In this document: positions 10,725-22,100 of the stretch, in pieces
Layout of the letters: every line of letters begins with the position of its first letter
Numbering within the stretch: the first letter of the stretch is position 1
Notes under the pieces: model-generated
The model's database searches: none
What the model saw: only the letters and a program-made list of their open reading frames with translations
Told to the model about the DNA's origin: nothing
Assembly: GCA_964583075.1 (NCBI GenBank)
Contig: CAZOUW010000002.1
Coordinates: 5,915-69,914 of the forward strand
Length of the DNA stretch: 64,000 bases
DNA from: an uncultured Candidatus Saccharibacteria bacterium
GTDB taxonomy: Bacteria > Patescibacteriota > Saccharimonadia > Saccharimonadales > JAGQNJ01
Reading direction: 5' to 3'
Program-made: the position numbers and the translations under genes

Positions 10725-11579
10725 TTACCTTCTCTTACTTTCATGACGTGATTTAACAATAAACTTGTTACTGCTCTTGCGGCGGCGTGTCTTGTAGCCA
10801 AGCGTCTTTTGACCCCAAGGCGTGCGCGGAGCAGCACCGTGGTTTTTACCACCACCAATACCGTGTCTACCACCGTCACCACCACCATGTGGGTGATCAG
10901 CCGCGTTCATAACAACACCGCGTACACCTGGGCGAATACCCATGTGTCGTTTGCGGCCAGCAGAACCAATCTTTACGTTCTGGTGTTGTTCGTTGCCAAC
11001 AGAACCGAGGCTTGCTGTACAGTTAATGTTAACTAGGCGAACTTCGCCACTCGGCAACTTAATTTGCGCATAGTCGCCCTCTTTGGCAGCCAACTGCGCA
11101 CTTGCACCAGCACTACGCACCATCTGTGCGCCCTTGCCAAGTTGCAGCTCAATAGCGTGAATTGTACTACCAACTGGGATGTTCTTGAGCGGCAAGCGGT
11201 TACCAACTTCAATTGGCGCTTCTTCACCTGACTCTAGTTTCTGACCAACCTTCATGCCACTGGCAGCCAGTACATAGTGATATTTGCTTGTGCTATCTTT
11301 GATACGAGCGATATTTGCTGAACGATTTGGGTCATATTCAATTGCTTCAATTACTGCAGTTGTACCAGGTGCAAGCTTAAAGTTCATAATTCGGATAAAC
11401 CGACGAGCACCACCGCCACGATGACGTACGGTAATACGGCCCTGATTGTTGCGACCACTATTTTGCTTACGTGTAACTGTTAGAGACTTGATTGGACGCT
11501 TAGCAGTAACTTCTGAGAAGTCGCGGTTTGTCATACCACGACGAGCAGGAGTCGTCGGTTTATACATCGTAATACTCAT
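10725..11579 (-). CDS. rplB: 50S ribosomal protein L2
   Basis: 284 aa with L2 motifs, including the C-terminal GGGEGR-like HPHGGGDGGRHGIGG. Confidence 0.94.
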   Translation of the reverse strand: MSITMYKPTTPARRGMTNRDFSEVTAKRPIKSLTVTRKQNSGRNNQGRITVRHRGGGARRFIRIMNFKLAPGTTAVIEAIEYDPNRSANIARIKDSTSKYHYVLAASGMKVGQKLESGEEAPIEVGNRLPLKNIPVGSTIHAIELQLGKGAQMVRSAGASAQLAAKEGDYAQIKLPSGEVRLVNINCTASLGSVGNEQHQNVKIGSAGRKRHMGIRPGVRGVVMNAADHPHGGGDGGRHGIGGGKNHGAAPRTPWGQKTLGYKTRRRKSSNKFIVKSRHESKRR

Positions 11580-11938
11580 TACTTAGTCTCCTTCTTTTCT
11601 GCTTTGGCTGCTTTCTTTTCACTTTTTTTGTCGACTTGTTCTTCTTCGCCAAATATGTTGATAGAATTGCCGTTAATTAAACGAACATAGGCCTTCTTGT
11701 AATTAGCTCGCTTTCCATCAACTGGACGGTTACGCTTTTGATAAGACTTCTTACCTTTACCTTTAATAACAGTTGTTTTTACATCTTGAACCTTCACATC
11801 AAACTGCGCTTCAACAGCAGCCGTAATAGTAAGCTTGTTAGAAGACATTGGAACGTCAAATACATATGTGTTGAGCGCCAAGCTTGTTGCGTAAGCCTTT
11901 TCGCTCATGCGAGGCTTGAGAATCATTGTTTTGCTCAT
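11579..11938 (-). CDS. rplW: 50S ribosomal protein L23
   Basis: 119 aa with the L23 fold and a Lys-rich C-terminal extension. Confidence 0.88.
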   Translation of the reverse strand: MSKTMILKPRMSEKAYATSLALNTYVFDVPMSSNKLTITAAVEAQFDVKVQDVKTTVIKGKGKKSYQKRNRPVDGKRANYKKAYVRLINGNSINIFGEEEQVDKKSEKKAAKAEKKETK

Positions 11939-12570
11939 TATTTGTCACCTCCGAGCCACTCATGAACAATATCAAGCGCTTTTTTAGTAAGCACAATATT
12001 GTGAGCGTTAAGGATATCATAGGTATTAAGGTACTTAGCTTGTACTAGTTTCACATACGGAACGTTTCGGCTGGCACGCACAAGTTCTGGAGTTTTCTCT
12101 TCAACGACTACCAAGACACCACGGTTTGCATCAAGTTTATTCAAGATTGCTACAAAGCTCTTAACCTTAGCGTCCTTGCTATCAAAGCCATCAATCACTT
12201 TAACTAAATCCTTCTGTAGGCTTAAAGCTTGACGGATAGCTACACGCTTAGACTGTGTGTTGAGCTTCTGGCTATAGTTTTCGTTACCAGTTGGACCAAA
12301 TACAATACCACCACCGCGCCAAATTGGGTTGCGTGATGAACCAAAACGAGCACGCCCTGTACCTTTTTGCTTCCATGGCTTTTTACCACCACCGCGTACT
12401 AAACCACGCGTTTTAACAACCGCGACGTTTTCGCGGCCATTGGCTAGGTATGCAAGATATGCTTGCTTCAACAAATCATGACTTTCAACCTTGAGATCAA
12501 AAATAGTTTTATCAAGTTTTGCAGGGGTGCTTGCTTTTGCGCCTGCTTTTGTAAAGGTAGGGACGCTCAT
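11938..12570 (-). CDS. rplD: 50S ribosomal protein L4
   Basis: 210 aa with L4 family motifs (GGGKKPWKQKGTGRAR). Confidence 0.93.
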   Translation of the reverse strand: MSVPTFTKAGAKASTPAKLDKTIFDLKVESHDLLKQAYLAYLANGRENVAVVKTRGLVRGGGKKPWKQKGTGRARFGSSRNPIWRGGGIVFGPTGNENYSQKLNTQSKRVAIRQALSLQKDLVKVIDGFDSKDAKVKSFVAILNKLDANRGVLVVVEEKTPELVRASRNVPYVKLVQAKYLNTYDILNAHNIVLTKKALDIVHEWLGGDK

Positions 12571-13181
12571 TAGTTGGCCTCCTTAATCAGCACGATGCCT
12601 TTACGCGGTCCAGGTACTGCACCAGTCACGCCAATAATATTAAGTTCTGTATCAACAAGCGCTACTTTAAGGTTTTTGACCGTTACTCGCTCATAGCCCA
12701 TTTGACCAGCCATTTTCTTACCCTTAAAGATCTTTTGTGGATACATAGATCCAATTGAGCCTGGGCGACGATAGCTACGGCCACCATGAGTTTTACGTCC
12801 GCGGTGGAAGTTATGACGCTTAATAGTACCGGCGAAGCCCTTGCCTTTGCTTGTGCCAACAACATCAATGGTGTCGCCAACAACAAAAGAATCGGCCGAG
12901 ATTGACTCGCCGATCTTGATATCTTCTGTGATTTCGCTCACGCGGAATTCGCGAATTACTTTTGGTGTTACACCCGCTTGCTTTACGTGTCCCGTCAGTT
13001 GCTTAGAAAGGTTTTTACCTGTCTCAAAACCAACCTGGACAGCGGTATAGCCGTCTGATTCAACGTTTTTTACTTGTGTAATAACGCTTGGACTAGCGGA
13101 AAGCAAGGTAATAGCCTGCAAGGTGCCATCTTCAGCGATGGTACTTGTCATGCCAACCTTTCTTGTAATTAATGCTTTCAT
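12570..13181 (-). CDS. rplC: 50S ribosomal protein L3
   Basis: 203 aa with L3 family motifs (GKGFAGTIKRHNFHRGRKTHG). Confidence 0.93.
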   Translation of the reverse strand: MKALITRKVGMTSTIAEDGTLQAITLLSASPSVITQVKNVESDGYTAVQVGFETGKNLSKQLTGHVKQAGVTPKVIREFRVSEITEDIKIGESISADSFVVGDTIDVVGTSKGKGFAGTIKRHNFHRGRKTHGGRSYRRPGSIGSMYPQKIFKGKKMAGQMGYERVTVKNLKVALVDTELNIIGVTGAVPGPRKGIVLIKEAN

Positions 13182-13361
13182 AGTTCTCCTGTTGTCTTTT
13201 TAGTGGTCTAGTTTGCAAAGGCCAGACATAAAAAGGCTTGGTATATTGCAGTTTTCACCTCTGTTATTGATGGTGAACTTACGGGTATACACCAAGTAAA
13301 TTTAAAATATACCATAACAGAGTACCACTAAACTCCTACCTCTGTCAATATGTTGTTTATT

Positions 13362-13628
13362 CTACATGACTATATACAGACCAGCAGGGGCCCAGAAGCC
13401 AACAAGCATTGCCACTAAGAGAACAGCATAGTCAATCTTTTTATCAATTTTGAATCTATTACTGTTAATCAGAAACAGCCCGATGATGAGGCCGATTGGA
13501 ATTGGGATTTGCCATGACCCAGACACGCCGATCTTAACCCAAAAAAAGCCAAGAATTAAGAAGATAACTAGCTTTAGAAAGTAGTTGTTATCTGTTTTTG
13601 CAACTCGTTTTTGTTTTGTTTTTGCCAC
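13362..13628 (-). CDS. hypothetical small membrane protein (2 predicted TM helices) inserted between rpsJ and rplC
   Basis: 88-aa ORF. It has a Lys-rich N-terminus followed by two hydrophobic segments (FLKLVIFLILGFFWVKIG and IDYAVLLVAMLVGFWAPAGLYIVM). It is flanked upstream by the rpsJ terminator. No family was recognised. Confidence 0.45.
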   Translation of the reverse strand: MAKTKQKRVAKTDNNYFLKLVIFLILGFFWVKIGVSGSWQIPIPIGLIIGLFLINSNRFKIDKKIDYAVLLVAMLVGFWAPAGLYIVM

Positions 13629-13647
13629 TTTAACTATTGTAGCACAT

Positions 13648-13678
13648 CAAAAAACCGCTCATTGCTGAGCGGTTTTTA
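13648..13678 (-). terminator. Rho-independent terminator after rpsJ
   Basis: Hairpin ccgctcattgctgagcgg (13655-13672) is flanked by an A-run and a T-run. On the minus strand it is followed by TTTTTT immediately downstream of the rpsJ stop. Confidence 0.6.
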
Positions 13679-13680
13679 GC

Positions 13681-14013
13681 TTACATCTTGATTTCGGCGT
13701 CGCAACCAGCTGGTAGTGATAAATTCATAAGACTATCGATTGTTTTTGGAGTTGGCTCAAGCACATCAATAATACGTTTATGAATACGCATTTCAAACTG
13801 TTCGCGGCCTTTTTTGTACACATGGGGGCTTTTAACCACTGTATAGGTTGTCTTCTGCGTTGGCAAAGGGATTGGCCCAGCAATACTTGCACCAGTACGG
13901 AGTGCGGTATCTACAATTTGTTTTGCTGATTGGTCGATCACTTTGTGATCATACGCTTTAAGGCGAATACGAATACGAGCCTTGCCGCCTTCTGTTTTCT
14001 TGGCATCTGCCAT
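13681..14013 (-). CDS. rpsJ: 30S ribosomal protein S10
   Basis: 110 aa; [24 protein letters not shown] is a typical S10 sequence. Confidence 0.94.
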   Translation of the reverse strand: MADAKKTEGGKARIRIRLKAYDHKVIDQSAKQIVDTALRTGASIAGPIPLPTQKTTYTVVKSPHVYKKGREQFEMRIHKRIIDVLEPTPKTIDSLMNLSLPAGCDAEIKM

Positions 14014-14122
14014 AATGGATTATCTCCTTGTGATGTAACATCTCTACACAGCTATTGAGAGCATATGCAACGACTTTTAGTCATCACGATTAGTTTACGT
14101 GTCTATTCTACAATAATCCCTC

Positions 14123-14157
14123 ACAAAAGAAAAGAGCCCGAACATATTCAGGCTCTC
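14123..14157 (-). terminator. Rho-independent terminator after tuf
   Basis: Hairpin agagcc-N12-ggctct (14134-14157) lies 20 nt after the tuf stop. On the minus strand it is followed by a T-rich run (tttcttttgt). Confidence 0.55.
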
Positions 14158-14178
14158 TTCATTTTTTGGCTCCCTAGA

Positions 14179-15360
14179 TTACTTAGTAATCTTGGTTACA
14201 ACACCAGCACCTACGGTACGACCACCTTCACGGATAGCGAAACGTTGACCCTGATCCATAGCGATCGGCTGGATCAATTTAACCTTGAAGGTTACTGTAT
14301 CACCAGGCATTACCATTTCTTTGTCGGCTGGAAGCTCAACCTCACCGGTTACGTCCGTAGTACGGAAGTAAAACTGAGGCTTGTAGCCCTTGAAGAATGG
14401 CGTGCGACGGCCACCTTCTTCTTTTGTAAGTACGTACACTTCTGCGTCAAACTCAGTGTGCGGCGTAATCGTACCTGGTTTAGCCAAAACCTGACCACGC
14501 TCAATGTCTGCACGCTCAATACCGCGCAGCAAGATACCAGCGTTGTCACCTGCTTGACCTTGATCAAGGTTCTTTTTGAAAGCTTCAATACCAGTTACAA
14601 CTGATTTTTGAGTATCTTTAATACCAACAATCTCAACTTCGTCGTTTAGTTTGACAACACCTTGTTCAATACGGCCAGTCGCAACAGTACCACGACCTTT
14701 AATTGAGAACACGTCTTCAATTGCCATCATGAAAGGCTTGTCTAGGTCACGCTTTGGCTCCGGAATATATTCATCCATAGCCTTAACGAGTTCCATAACT
14801 GCATCCATGTCAGCCTCAGAACCTTCAAGTGCCTTAGTAGCAGAACCCTTGATGATTGGAGCATCTTCGTCAAAGCCATTCTTTTCAAGCAGTTCACGAA
14901 CATCCATCTCAACAAGTTCAACGAGTTCTGGATCAGCAAGATCCATCTTGTTTAGGAACACAACAATCTTAGGCACACCCACTTGACGAGCAAGCAAAAC
15001 GTGCTCACGAGTTTGTGGCATAGGACCATCAGCCGCAGAAACAACCAAAACAGCACCATCTACCTGTGCGGCACCGGTAATCATGTTCTTGATGTAGTCT
15101 GCGTGACCTGGCATGTCAACGTGCGCGTAGTGACGCTTTTCAGTTTCGTACTCTTGGTGAGATACGGCAATGGTAATACCACGCTGCTTTTCTTCTGGCG
15201 CGTTGTCAATTTGGTCGTAGTTAATTGGCTTATTTACATCACTAGGCAATCGCTTTGAAAGCGTGTGTGTAATGGCAGCCGTTAGAGTTGTTTTACCGTG
15301 GTCAACGTGGCCCATAGTACCAACGTTTACATGCGGTTTGCTTCGATCGAAGTCAGCCAT
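14179..15360 (-). CDS. tuf: elongation factor Tu
   Basis: 393 aa with [17 protein letters not shown] and NKMD GTPase motifs. Strongly conserved EF-Tu. Confidence 0.97.
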   Translation of the reverse strand: MADFDRSKPHVNVGTMGHVDHGKTTLTAAITHTLSKRLPSDVNKPINYDQIDNAPEEKQRGITIAVSHQEYETEKRHYAHVDMPGHADYIKNMITGAAQVDGAVLVVSAADGPMPQTREHVLLARQVGVPKIVVFLNKMDLADPELVELVEMDVRELLEKNGFDEDAPIIKGSATKALEGSEADMDAVMELVKAMDEYIPEPKRDLDKPFMMAIEDVFSIKGRGTVATGRIEQGVVKLNDEVEIVGIKDTQKSVVTGIEAFKKNLDQGQAGDNAGILLRGIERADIERGQVLAKPGTITPHTEFDAEVYVLTKEEGGRRTPFFKGYKPQFYFRTTDVTGEVELPADKEMVMPGDTVTFKVKLIQPIAMDQGQRFAIREGGRTVGAGVVTKITK

Positions 15361-15745
15361 TTATGTTAGCTCCTTTTAATTACTTAATTTTATCTAGCAT
15401 GAGTAAATAACACTCACACGAGTTACCAGTAAATTTTATCTGATATTACTCTGTTTGTAAAGACATGAAGCTCAAGCCTTAAGATCAACGGCAGTTTCTA
15501 CAATTGAGCAAACCTCATACTGAGTACTACCAAACAATCGAAACAAACTTAAACGATGCCGCTCCATTGGCTCTGGCCCCGCACAACGTTCAATATCACA
15601 ATATAATAGGGTTAATTTGCATTGTTGTATGCTCGCCAAACACATCTGATTCACCATTATTGACAGCTTGATAGAGTACTACTTTAGCTGGACATATTTT
15701 CTCCATAAGACAAATTTTACCTCACCGCAAACAAACGAGAAACAC

Positions 15746-17833
15746 TTATTTGTTGTTTTTGGCAACAATTGCATCGGCTACATGGCCGGGTACATCGGCA
15801 TAGTGATCAAGCTCCATACTTGAACTAGCACGACCCTGAGTCATTGAGCGTAGGTTGGTTGTATAGCCAAACATCTCACCAAGTGGAACAAAAGCAGTAA
15901 TTTCTTTAACACCGGCAGATAAATCCTCCATGGATTCTATGCGACCACGCTTAGAGTTCAAGTCACCGATGGTGTCACCCATGAATTCTTCTGGAGTTAC
16001 AACAACTACCTTCATAACAGGCTCGAGCAGTACGGGGCTAGCGTTTTTAACGCCTTGCTGTAATGCCATACTCCCGGCAATCTTAAAGGCCATCTCGCTG
16101 GAGTCAACATCATGGTAGCTACCATCATAAAGCTCGGCCTTAATGTCAACGACTGGATATCCCGCAAGAACACCATTCGCCATCGCTTCTTCAATACCAG
16201 ACTTAACAGGGTTTATGTACTCAGCCGGCACAACACCACCTTTGATGGAGTTGATAAATTCAAAGCCCTTACCGGCTTCGTTTTGGCTGAGGCGCAGCCA
16301 AACGTGACCATACTGACCACGACCACCAGATTGGCGTACAAATTTACCTTCAACCTCTACAGCATCCTTACGGATTGTTTCACGGTAGGCAACCTGTGGT
16401 TGACCAATGTTAGCCTCAACATTAAACTCACGTTTCATACGGTCTACCAAGATTTCAAGATGGAGCTCACCCATACCAGAAATAATTGTCTGCCCTGTTT
16501 CGTCATCAACTCTCACGCGGAAGGTTGGATCTTCTTCAGCCAAACGTTGCAACGCAATACTCATCTTTTCTTGATCAGCTTTGGTTTTTGGCTCAATCGC
16601 AATACTCACTGGCGGCTCGGGGAATGTTATACTTTCGAGTACAATTGGATTATTTTGATCGCACAGCGTATTGCCGGTAGTTGTGCCCTTGAGTCCAACA
16701 ATTGCAGCAATATCACCTGCGCCAACTTCTGTTACGTCGTCTCGCTTATCTGCGTGCAAGCGTACAATTCGACCTACACGTTCTTTCTCGCCAGTCGAAC
16801 TGTTATACACATAGGAGCCAGCCGTTACCTTACCTGAGTACACGCGGAAGTAGGCTAATTTACCTACAAATGGGTCAGAGGTAATTTTAAAAGCAAGTGC
16901 GGCAAATGGTTCGCTATTACTAGGCTTGCGCTCAATCTCTTCATCAGTTTTAGGATGTCGGCCCCAGTTAGAACCAACATCAAGTGGGCTTGGCAGGTAA
17001 TCATTGACCATATCAAGAACTTTTTCTACAATCACGCCACGGCCATCACCACCAGTTACCGGGAAGAATTTACCAGTAAGCGTTGCTGTACGGATAGCTT
17101 GCCTGATTTCATCTTCTGTCAGGCCATCCTCACCCACTTCAAAGAATTTCTCAAGCATTGTTTCATCTTCAGCAACTGCGTTTTCAATCAAAAGGCTACG
17201 GTATTTTTTGGCTTTATCAAGCACATCGGCAGGGATTTCACCCTCTATCAATTCTTTGTCAGAAAATTCCTTATACGTATAAGCCTTCATAGTAACAAGG
17301 TCTATGACGCCATTAATTGACTGCTCAAAACCAATTGGCAGGTGGACTGGGAAAGCGTGCTTATTAAGGCGTGCATGGATAGAATCAAGTGATTTATAAA
17401 AGTCACCCCCAGTTTGGTTGATTTTGTTAATAAAGCAAATACGTGGCACACCATATTTATCGGCTTGGCGCCACACGGTCTCAGATTGCGACTCAACACC
17501 CATTTTACCGTCAAACACCACGCAAGCACCGTCAAGCACACGCAAAGAACGCTCAACTTCAACTGTAAAATCAATGTGGCCGGGGGTATCGATAATGTTA
17601 ATCTGCTTACCCTTCCAAAAACAAGTGACAGAAGCGGCAACAATAGTAATGCCACGCTCGCGCTCCTGAGCCATCCAGTCAGTTGTTGTTTCACCCTCAT
17701 GAACGGCACCAATCTTGTGGTTCAAGCCAGTGCGGTACAAGATACCTTCAGTTGTAGTTGTTTTACCCGCATCAATATGAGCAATGATGCCCAGGTTACG
17801 GATGTCTTTCATATCTACTTTTTTATCTGCCAT
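15746..17833 (-). CDS. fusA: elongation factor G
   Basis: 695 aa with [17 protein letters not shown] and NKINQ motifs. EF-G domains II-V are present. Confidence 0.96.
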   Translation of the reverse strand: MADKKVDMKDIRNLGIIAHIDAGKTTTTEGILYRTGLNHKIGAVHEGETTTDWMAQERERGITIVAASVTCFWKGKQINIIDTPGHIDFTVEVERSLRVLDGACVVFDGKMGVESQSETVWRQADKYGVPRICFINKINQTGGDFYKSLDSIHARLNKHAFPVHLPIGFEQSINGVIDLVTMKAYTYKEFSDKELIEGEIPADVLDKAKKYRSLLIENAVAEDETMLEKFFEVGEDGLTEDEIRQAIRTATLTGKFFPVTGGDGRGVIVEKVLDMVNDYLPSPLDVGSNWGRHPKTDEEIERKPSNSEPFAALAFKITSDPFVGKLAYFRVYSGKVTAGSYVYNSSTGEKERVGRIVRLHADKRDDVTEVGAGDIAAIVGLKGTTTGNTLCDQNNPIVLESITFPEPPVSIAIEPKTKADQEKMSIALQRLAEEDPTFRVRVDDETGQTIISGMGELHLEILVDRMKREFNVEANIGQPQVAYRETIRKDAVEVEGKFVRQSGGRGQYGHVWLRLSQNEAGKGFEFINSIKGGVVPAEYINPVKSGIEEAMANGVLAGYPVVDIKAELYDGSYHDVDSSEMAFKIAGSMALQQGVKNASPVLLEPVMKVVVVTPEEFMGDTIGDLNSKRGRIESMEDLSAGVKEITAFVPLGEMFGYTTNLRSMTQGRASSSMELDHYADVPGHVADAIVAKNNK

Positions 17834-17844
17834 TTATGCCTACC

Positions 17845-18126
17845 TTATCTTGTTATAGTTTTCTGTGTCTTAGGACACATAATTATTTCTTCACATTGAA
17901 TTATCTGATCCATTGCCACCGTAATTACCTCAGTAGACATGAGTCCAACACGTTGTGGGCCTGCACATCCCCCTTCTTTGCGCGTAGCTTCCTCGGGCGT
18001 AGGACACCCTGGACATGACGGGTATTGTACGGGTGGCTCTTTTTCAGGTGCTGGTGCAACTGGCGACATATCTACCTGTTCAGCAACTAATTGTACGTGT
18101 TCACCATAGAATTCTCCAACACCCAT
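17845..18126 (-). CDS. hypothetical small Cys-rich protein between rpsG and fusA
   Basis: 93-aa ORF beginning 10 nt after the rpsG stop and ending 12 nt before the fusA start. It contains CPGCPTPEE...C and CEEIIMC motifs. No family was recognised, and it may not be a real gene. Confidence 0.3.
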   Translation of the reverse strand: MGVGEFYGEHVQLVAEQVDMSPVAPAPEKEPPVQYPSCPGCPTPEEATRKEGGCAGPQRVGLMSTEVITVAMDQIIQCEEIIMCPKTQKTITR

Positions 18127-18135
18127 GCCCGTGAT

Positions 18136-18612
18136 TTACCTTGCAAAGTGAGCAAAAGCTCGGTTAGCTTCTGCCATCTTATGTGTATCTTCACGCTTTT
18201 TAACTGCGGTACCGGTATTGTTGTAGGCATCCATAAGTTCTAACGCGATGCGGTCTTCCATGCTCATACCTTTACGTGAGCGTGCAGCCTGGACAAACCA
18301 CATAATTGTTAGATGTTGCTGGCGCTGACCTTTAACTTCAAATGGAATCTGGTAGTTAGCACCACCTACACGTCGTGAACGAGTTTCTACATGTGGCTGA
18401 ACATTCTTCATCGCCTGCTCAAACACTTCTAGTGGGTTTTTAACCTTTAGTTTATCCGCAGATTTCTGCATACCACCATACACAAGACGCTCAGCGACTT
18501 GCTTTTTACCGTCAAGCATAACGCGGTTAATAACTTTCTGAACTTGAACGCTGTTGTACAAGCGATCTGGCTGGATATCTCGAACAAGTGATTTGGTCTT
18601 TTTCCTCGGCAT
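18136..18612 (-). CDS. rpsG: 30S ribosomal protein S7
   Basis: The likely start is the internal MPRKKTKSLVRDIQPD of the longer ORF 18136..18657. This gives about 158 aa and avoids overlap with rpsL. S7 family. Confidence 0.9.
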   Translation of the reverse strand: MPRKKTKSLVRDIQPDRLYNSVQVQKVINRVMLDGKKQVAERLVYGGMQKSADKLKVKNPLEVFEQAMKNVQPHVETRSRRVGGANYQIPFEVKGQRQQHLTIMWFVQAARSRKGMSMEDRIALELMDAYNNTGTAVKKREDTHKMAEANRAFAHFAR

Positions 18613-18616
18613 GACT

Positions 18617-19030
18617 TTATTTACCTGCCTTTTTGGTACCGTACTTAGACCGGCCATTCTTGCGGTTTTCTACACCCTGAAGGTCTAGAGCACCACGAAC
18701 AATGTGGTAACGCACACCCGGAAGGTCCTTTACACGACCACCACGGATCATTACAACTGCGTGTTCTTGCAAATTGTGGCCTTCACCTCCAATGTAAGCC
18801 CATACTTCGTACCCGTTTTGCAGACGCACACGAGCTACTTTACGAAGCGCGGAGTTAGGTTTTTTTGGCGTTTTGGTGGTTACCTTAACACATACACCAC
18901 GCTTAAACGGTGATGGTTTTTCGTAGTTCTGTGTTTTGAGGTTGTTAACCACTCTGTGCAAAGCAGGTGACTTAGACTTTTTAGTCACCTTGGCACGTGG
19001 TTTGCGCACTAATTGATTGATTGTTGGCAT
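18617..19030 (-). CDS. rpsL: 30S ribosomal protein S12
   Basis: 137 aa; [12 protein letters not shown]...[11 protein letters not shown]12 carrying an internal insertion relative to the ~124-aa form. Confidence 0.94.
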   Translation of the reverse strand: MPTINQLVRKPRAKVTKKSKSPALHRVVNNLKTQNYEKPSPFKRGVCVKVTTKTPKKPNSALRKVARVRLQNGYEVWAYIGGEGHNLQEHAVVMIRGGRVKDLPGVRYHIVRGALDLQGVENRKNGRSKYGTKKAGK

Positions 19031-19122
19031 TAATTCTCCTTAAAAGTTGTGATCTGCTGCGTTGCCACGAATGCCACGCGACCGCTCGGACCACTTAGTT
19101 TAACTTGTATATTTTAACAGAT

Positions 19123-22100
19123 TTAGATCTCGGCTGCAACTTCTGCGTCTTCTTCGATTTCGACTTTATCTTCATATGCGTTGTAGCCGGTCCCAACCGG
19201 TATCATACGACCTAAGATAACGTTTTCCTTCAAACCGTACAGTTGATCAACCTTACCACTAGTTGCGGTTGCGATAAGCACACGAGTCGTATCCTGGAAG
19301 CTAGCTGCACTCAAGAATGACTCAGTTGAAAGTGAAGCCTTGGTAATACCAAGAAGTAACTGGTTAAATTGAACCTGTTCTTTGCCAGCTTCTTTCAAAC
19401 GATCATTTTCCTCTTGAACGGCAATCTTACTGACAATATCACCAGTAACAAAGTCACTATCACCAGCGTCTTCAATTTGAACTCGAGAGAACATCTGACG
19501 CACGATGATTTCAAGGTGCTTATCTGCAATATTTTGACCTTGCGAGGCAAAGATACGCAAAATTTCATTCATGATGTAGCGCTGAGTTGCCTCTACGCCC
19601 TGCAAGCGCATTAGTTCATGAAGGTTGATTGAACCATTCGTTAGCCTTTCACCTGCAACCACTTCATCGTTATCCTTAACAAATAATTGCTTGTAGCCAG
19701 GAATCTCATACCTTACAGCAGATTGACTATTAGGACTAATGAAAATGGATTTCTTTGTCACCTTAGCCGTACCCGCAACTGGTGCAACAAGTGGGTTTGC
19801 GCCTTCTTCCTCTGAAGCGAGGACGTCACCAATACTAATTGATGCACCATTTTTTACATGAACTTTACGTCCAGCAAGTGGATACTCTACCGGTTCACCT
19901 TCTTTCGCGGTAACTTCTACCACGTAGTGATCGCCATCTTCCCACGCCTTAACCGTACCTGAAATTTCAGCCAAATACGCTTGACCTTTTGGTGTACGAA
20001 CCTCAAACAACTCTTCTACACGAGGTAAGCCGGTAGTAATGTCTTCGCCCGCTACACCACCAGAGTGGAAGGTTCGTAGCGTCAACTGCGTACCAGGTTC
20101 ACCAATACTCTGCGCAGCAATAACACCGACTGGGTGGTGGTCTGCTACTAAGTCACCAGTTGCCGGGTCAATACCATAACATTTGCGGCTAATACCACGA
20201 ACATTAGTGCAACTTAGTACACTCATAATACGAACGCCATCTATATCCTTATCTTCCTCTATTGCAGTCGCGATATCAGCAGTAATAAGCTCGCCCTTCT
20301 TGACGTGACCCTTAACAGCTACGGCAGCAAAACGGCCTTCTAGCCTGGAAGCGTAACTTACGCCAATTTCTTCGGCATCACTACGATGAATCGCAAAGCC
20401 TGGATCCGCATCATCATCCGTTATAGTAAAGACATCTTGGCTAACATCGACTAATCGACGAGTAAGATAGCCTGAATCAGCTGTCTTTAGGGCAGTGTCA
20501 ATCATACCCTTACGAGCACCACGAGTTGCAGTAAAGTACTCCAGTGGTGTAAACCCAGACTTGTAGTTAGATTTAACCGGCAGTTCAATCGTACGACCAG
20601 TCGCATCAGCAACAGGCCCAAGCATACCAACCGCAGTCTTGACCTGACCGATATTACCACGAGCCCCAGAGACTACTGCGGTTGACATAGCACTATCTTC
20701 GTTAGCAAACTGCTCACTTAGAGTCTTCTGTACTTGAGAGTCTACATCTTGCCAGGTTTCAATAGTCAAACGATAGCGTTCATCATTAGTAATGAACCCC
20801 TGCTCATATTGTTGACTAATTTCAGCGACGCGTTCTTCGCCCTTATCTAGAATGGTTGGTAGTTCTGGGATATCAGTGAAGTCATCCATACCTAAACTTA
20901 GACCCGACTTGGTTGCGTATTGGAAACCTAAGTCTTTTAGATCATCAGCAATAAATGCTGTTTTGTCTTGGCCATATCTTTGGTACGCCAATGCCATTAC
21001 ACCCGCAAGCTTCTTTTTTGTCATTGTTACGTCCTGGAACGGAAAATCTTCTGGAAAAATTTCGTTAAATAGAATCCGCCCCAAGGTCGTATTCCTGACT
21101 TCCCCACGGAAAGGCAAGCTGACTTTTGATTGCAAAACTATCTCGCCAGCATCTAAACTCATAAGTGCTTCAGCTAAGCCAGTAAAGTTTATTGGCTCTT
21201 CGCTTACGCCTTTACGCTCATAGGTTAGGTAGTAACAACCCAGTACGATATCTTGTTCGATATGCAAAATAGGTGAGCCATCAGCAGGCTTAAGAAGGTT
21301 CTTGTTTGATGCCATAATCTCACGAGCCTCGTCTTGAGCAGCGTCAGAAAGTGGCAAATGAACAGCCATTTGGTCACCATCAAAGTCAGCGTTAAAACCC
21401 TTACAAACGAGTGGGTGAAGTTGAATTGCTTTACCCTCGATTAGCACAGGTTGGAAGGCCTGAACACTCAAACGGTGAAGTGATGGGGCCCGATTCAGAA
21501 GTACGTATTTGCCCTTAATCACCTCGTCAAGTGCATCCCAGACAGCTATTTCACCAGCTTCTATCATGCGCGTTGCAGAACGAATGTTATGTGCATGTTC
21601 GTTTTGAATCAAGCTACCAATAACAAATGGCTTAAATAACTCTAGTGCCATCATTTTTGGTAAACCACACTGATTAATCTTCAGTTCAGGACCAGCTACA
21701 ATTACAGAACGGCCAGAGTAGTCAACACGCTTACCAAGAAGGTTCTGGCGGAAACGACCCTGTTTACCTTTAAGCATGTCACTCAAAGATTTTAGACGGC
21801 GACGTTGCCCCGTAGCAGCAACTGCACGTCCAGAACGAGCGTTACCGTTATCAATCAAAGCGTCAACTGCTTCTTGCAGCATGCGCTGCTCATTACGACG
21901 AATCACCTCAGGTGCATTAAGTTCAATCAACTTCTTCAAGCGATTATTACGGTTAATCACTCGACGATATAGGTCATTCATATCACTAGTTGCAAAGCGA
22001 CCACCAGTAAGCTGAACCATTGGCCTAAGGTCTGGAGGAATAACCGGTAATGTGCTCAAGCACATTGAACTTGGTTTAATACCAGCGATCTCCATGCTTT

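Noticed and set aside
14065-14604. 179-aa plus-strand ORF
   Set aside because: Antisense to the tuf 3' region and the tuf-rpsJ spacer. It has no homology signal and overlaps a definite gene.
16112-16837. 241-aa plus-strand ORF
   Set aside because: It lies entirely antisense within the highly conserved fusA coding region. This is a spurious frame in a gene with strong codon bias.
18136-18657. 173-aa extended rpsG ORF
   Set aside because: The first 15 codons overlap rpsL. The canonical S7 N-terminus MPRKK begins at 18612.
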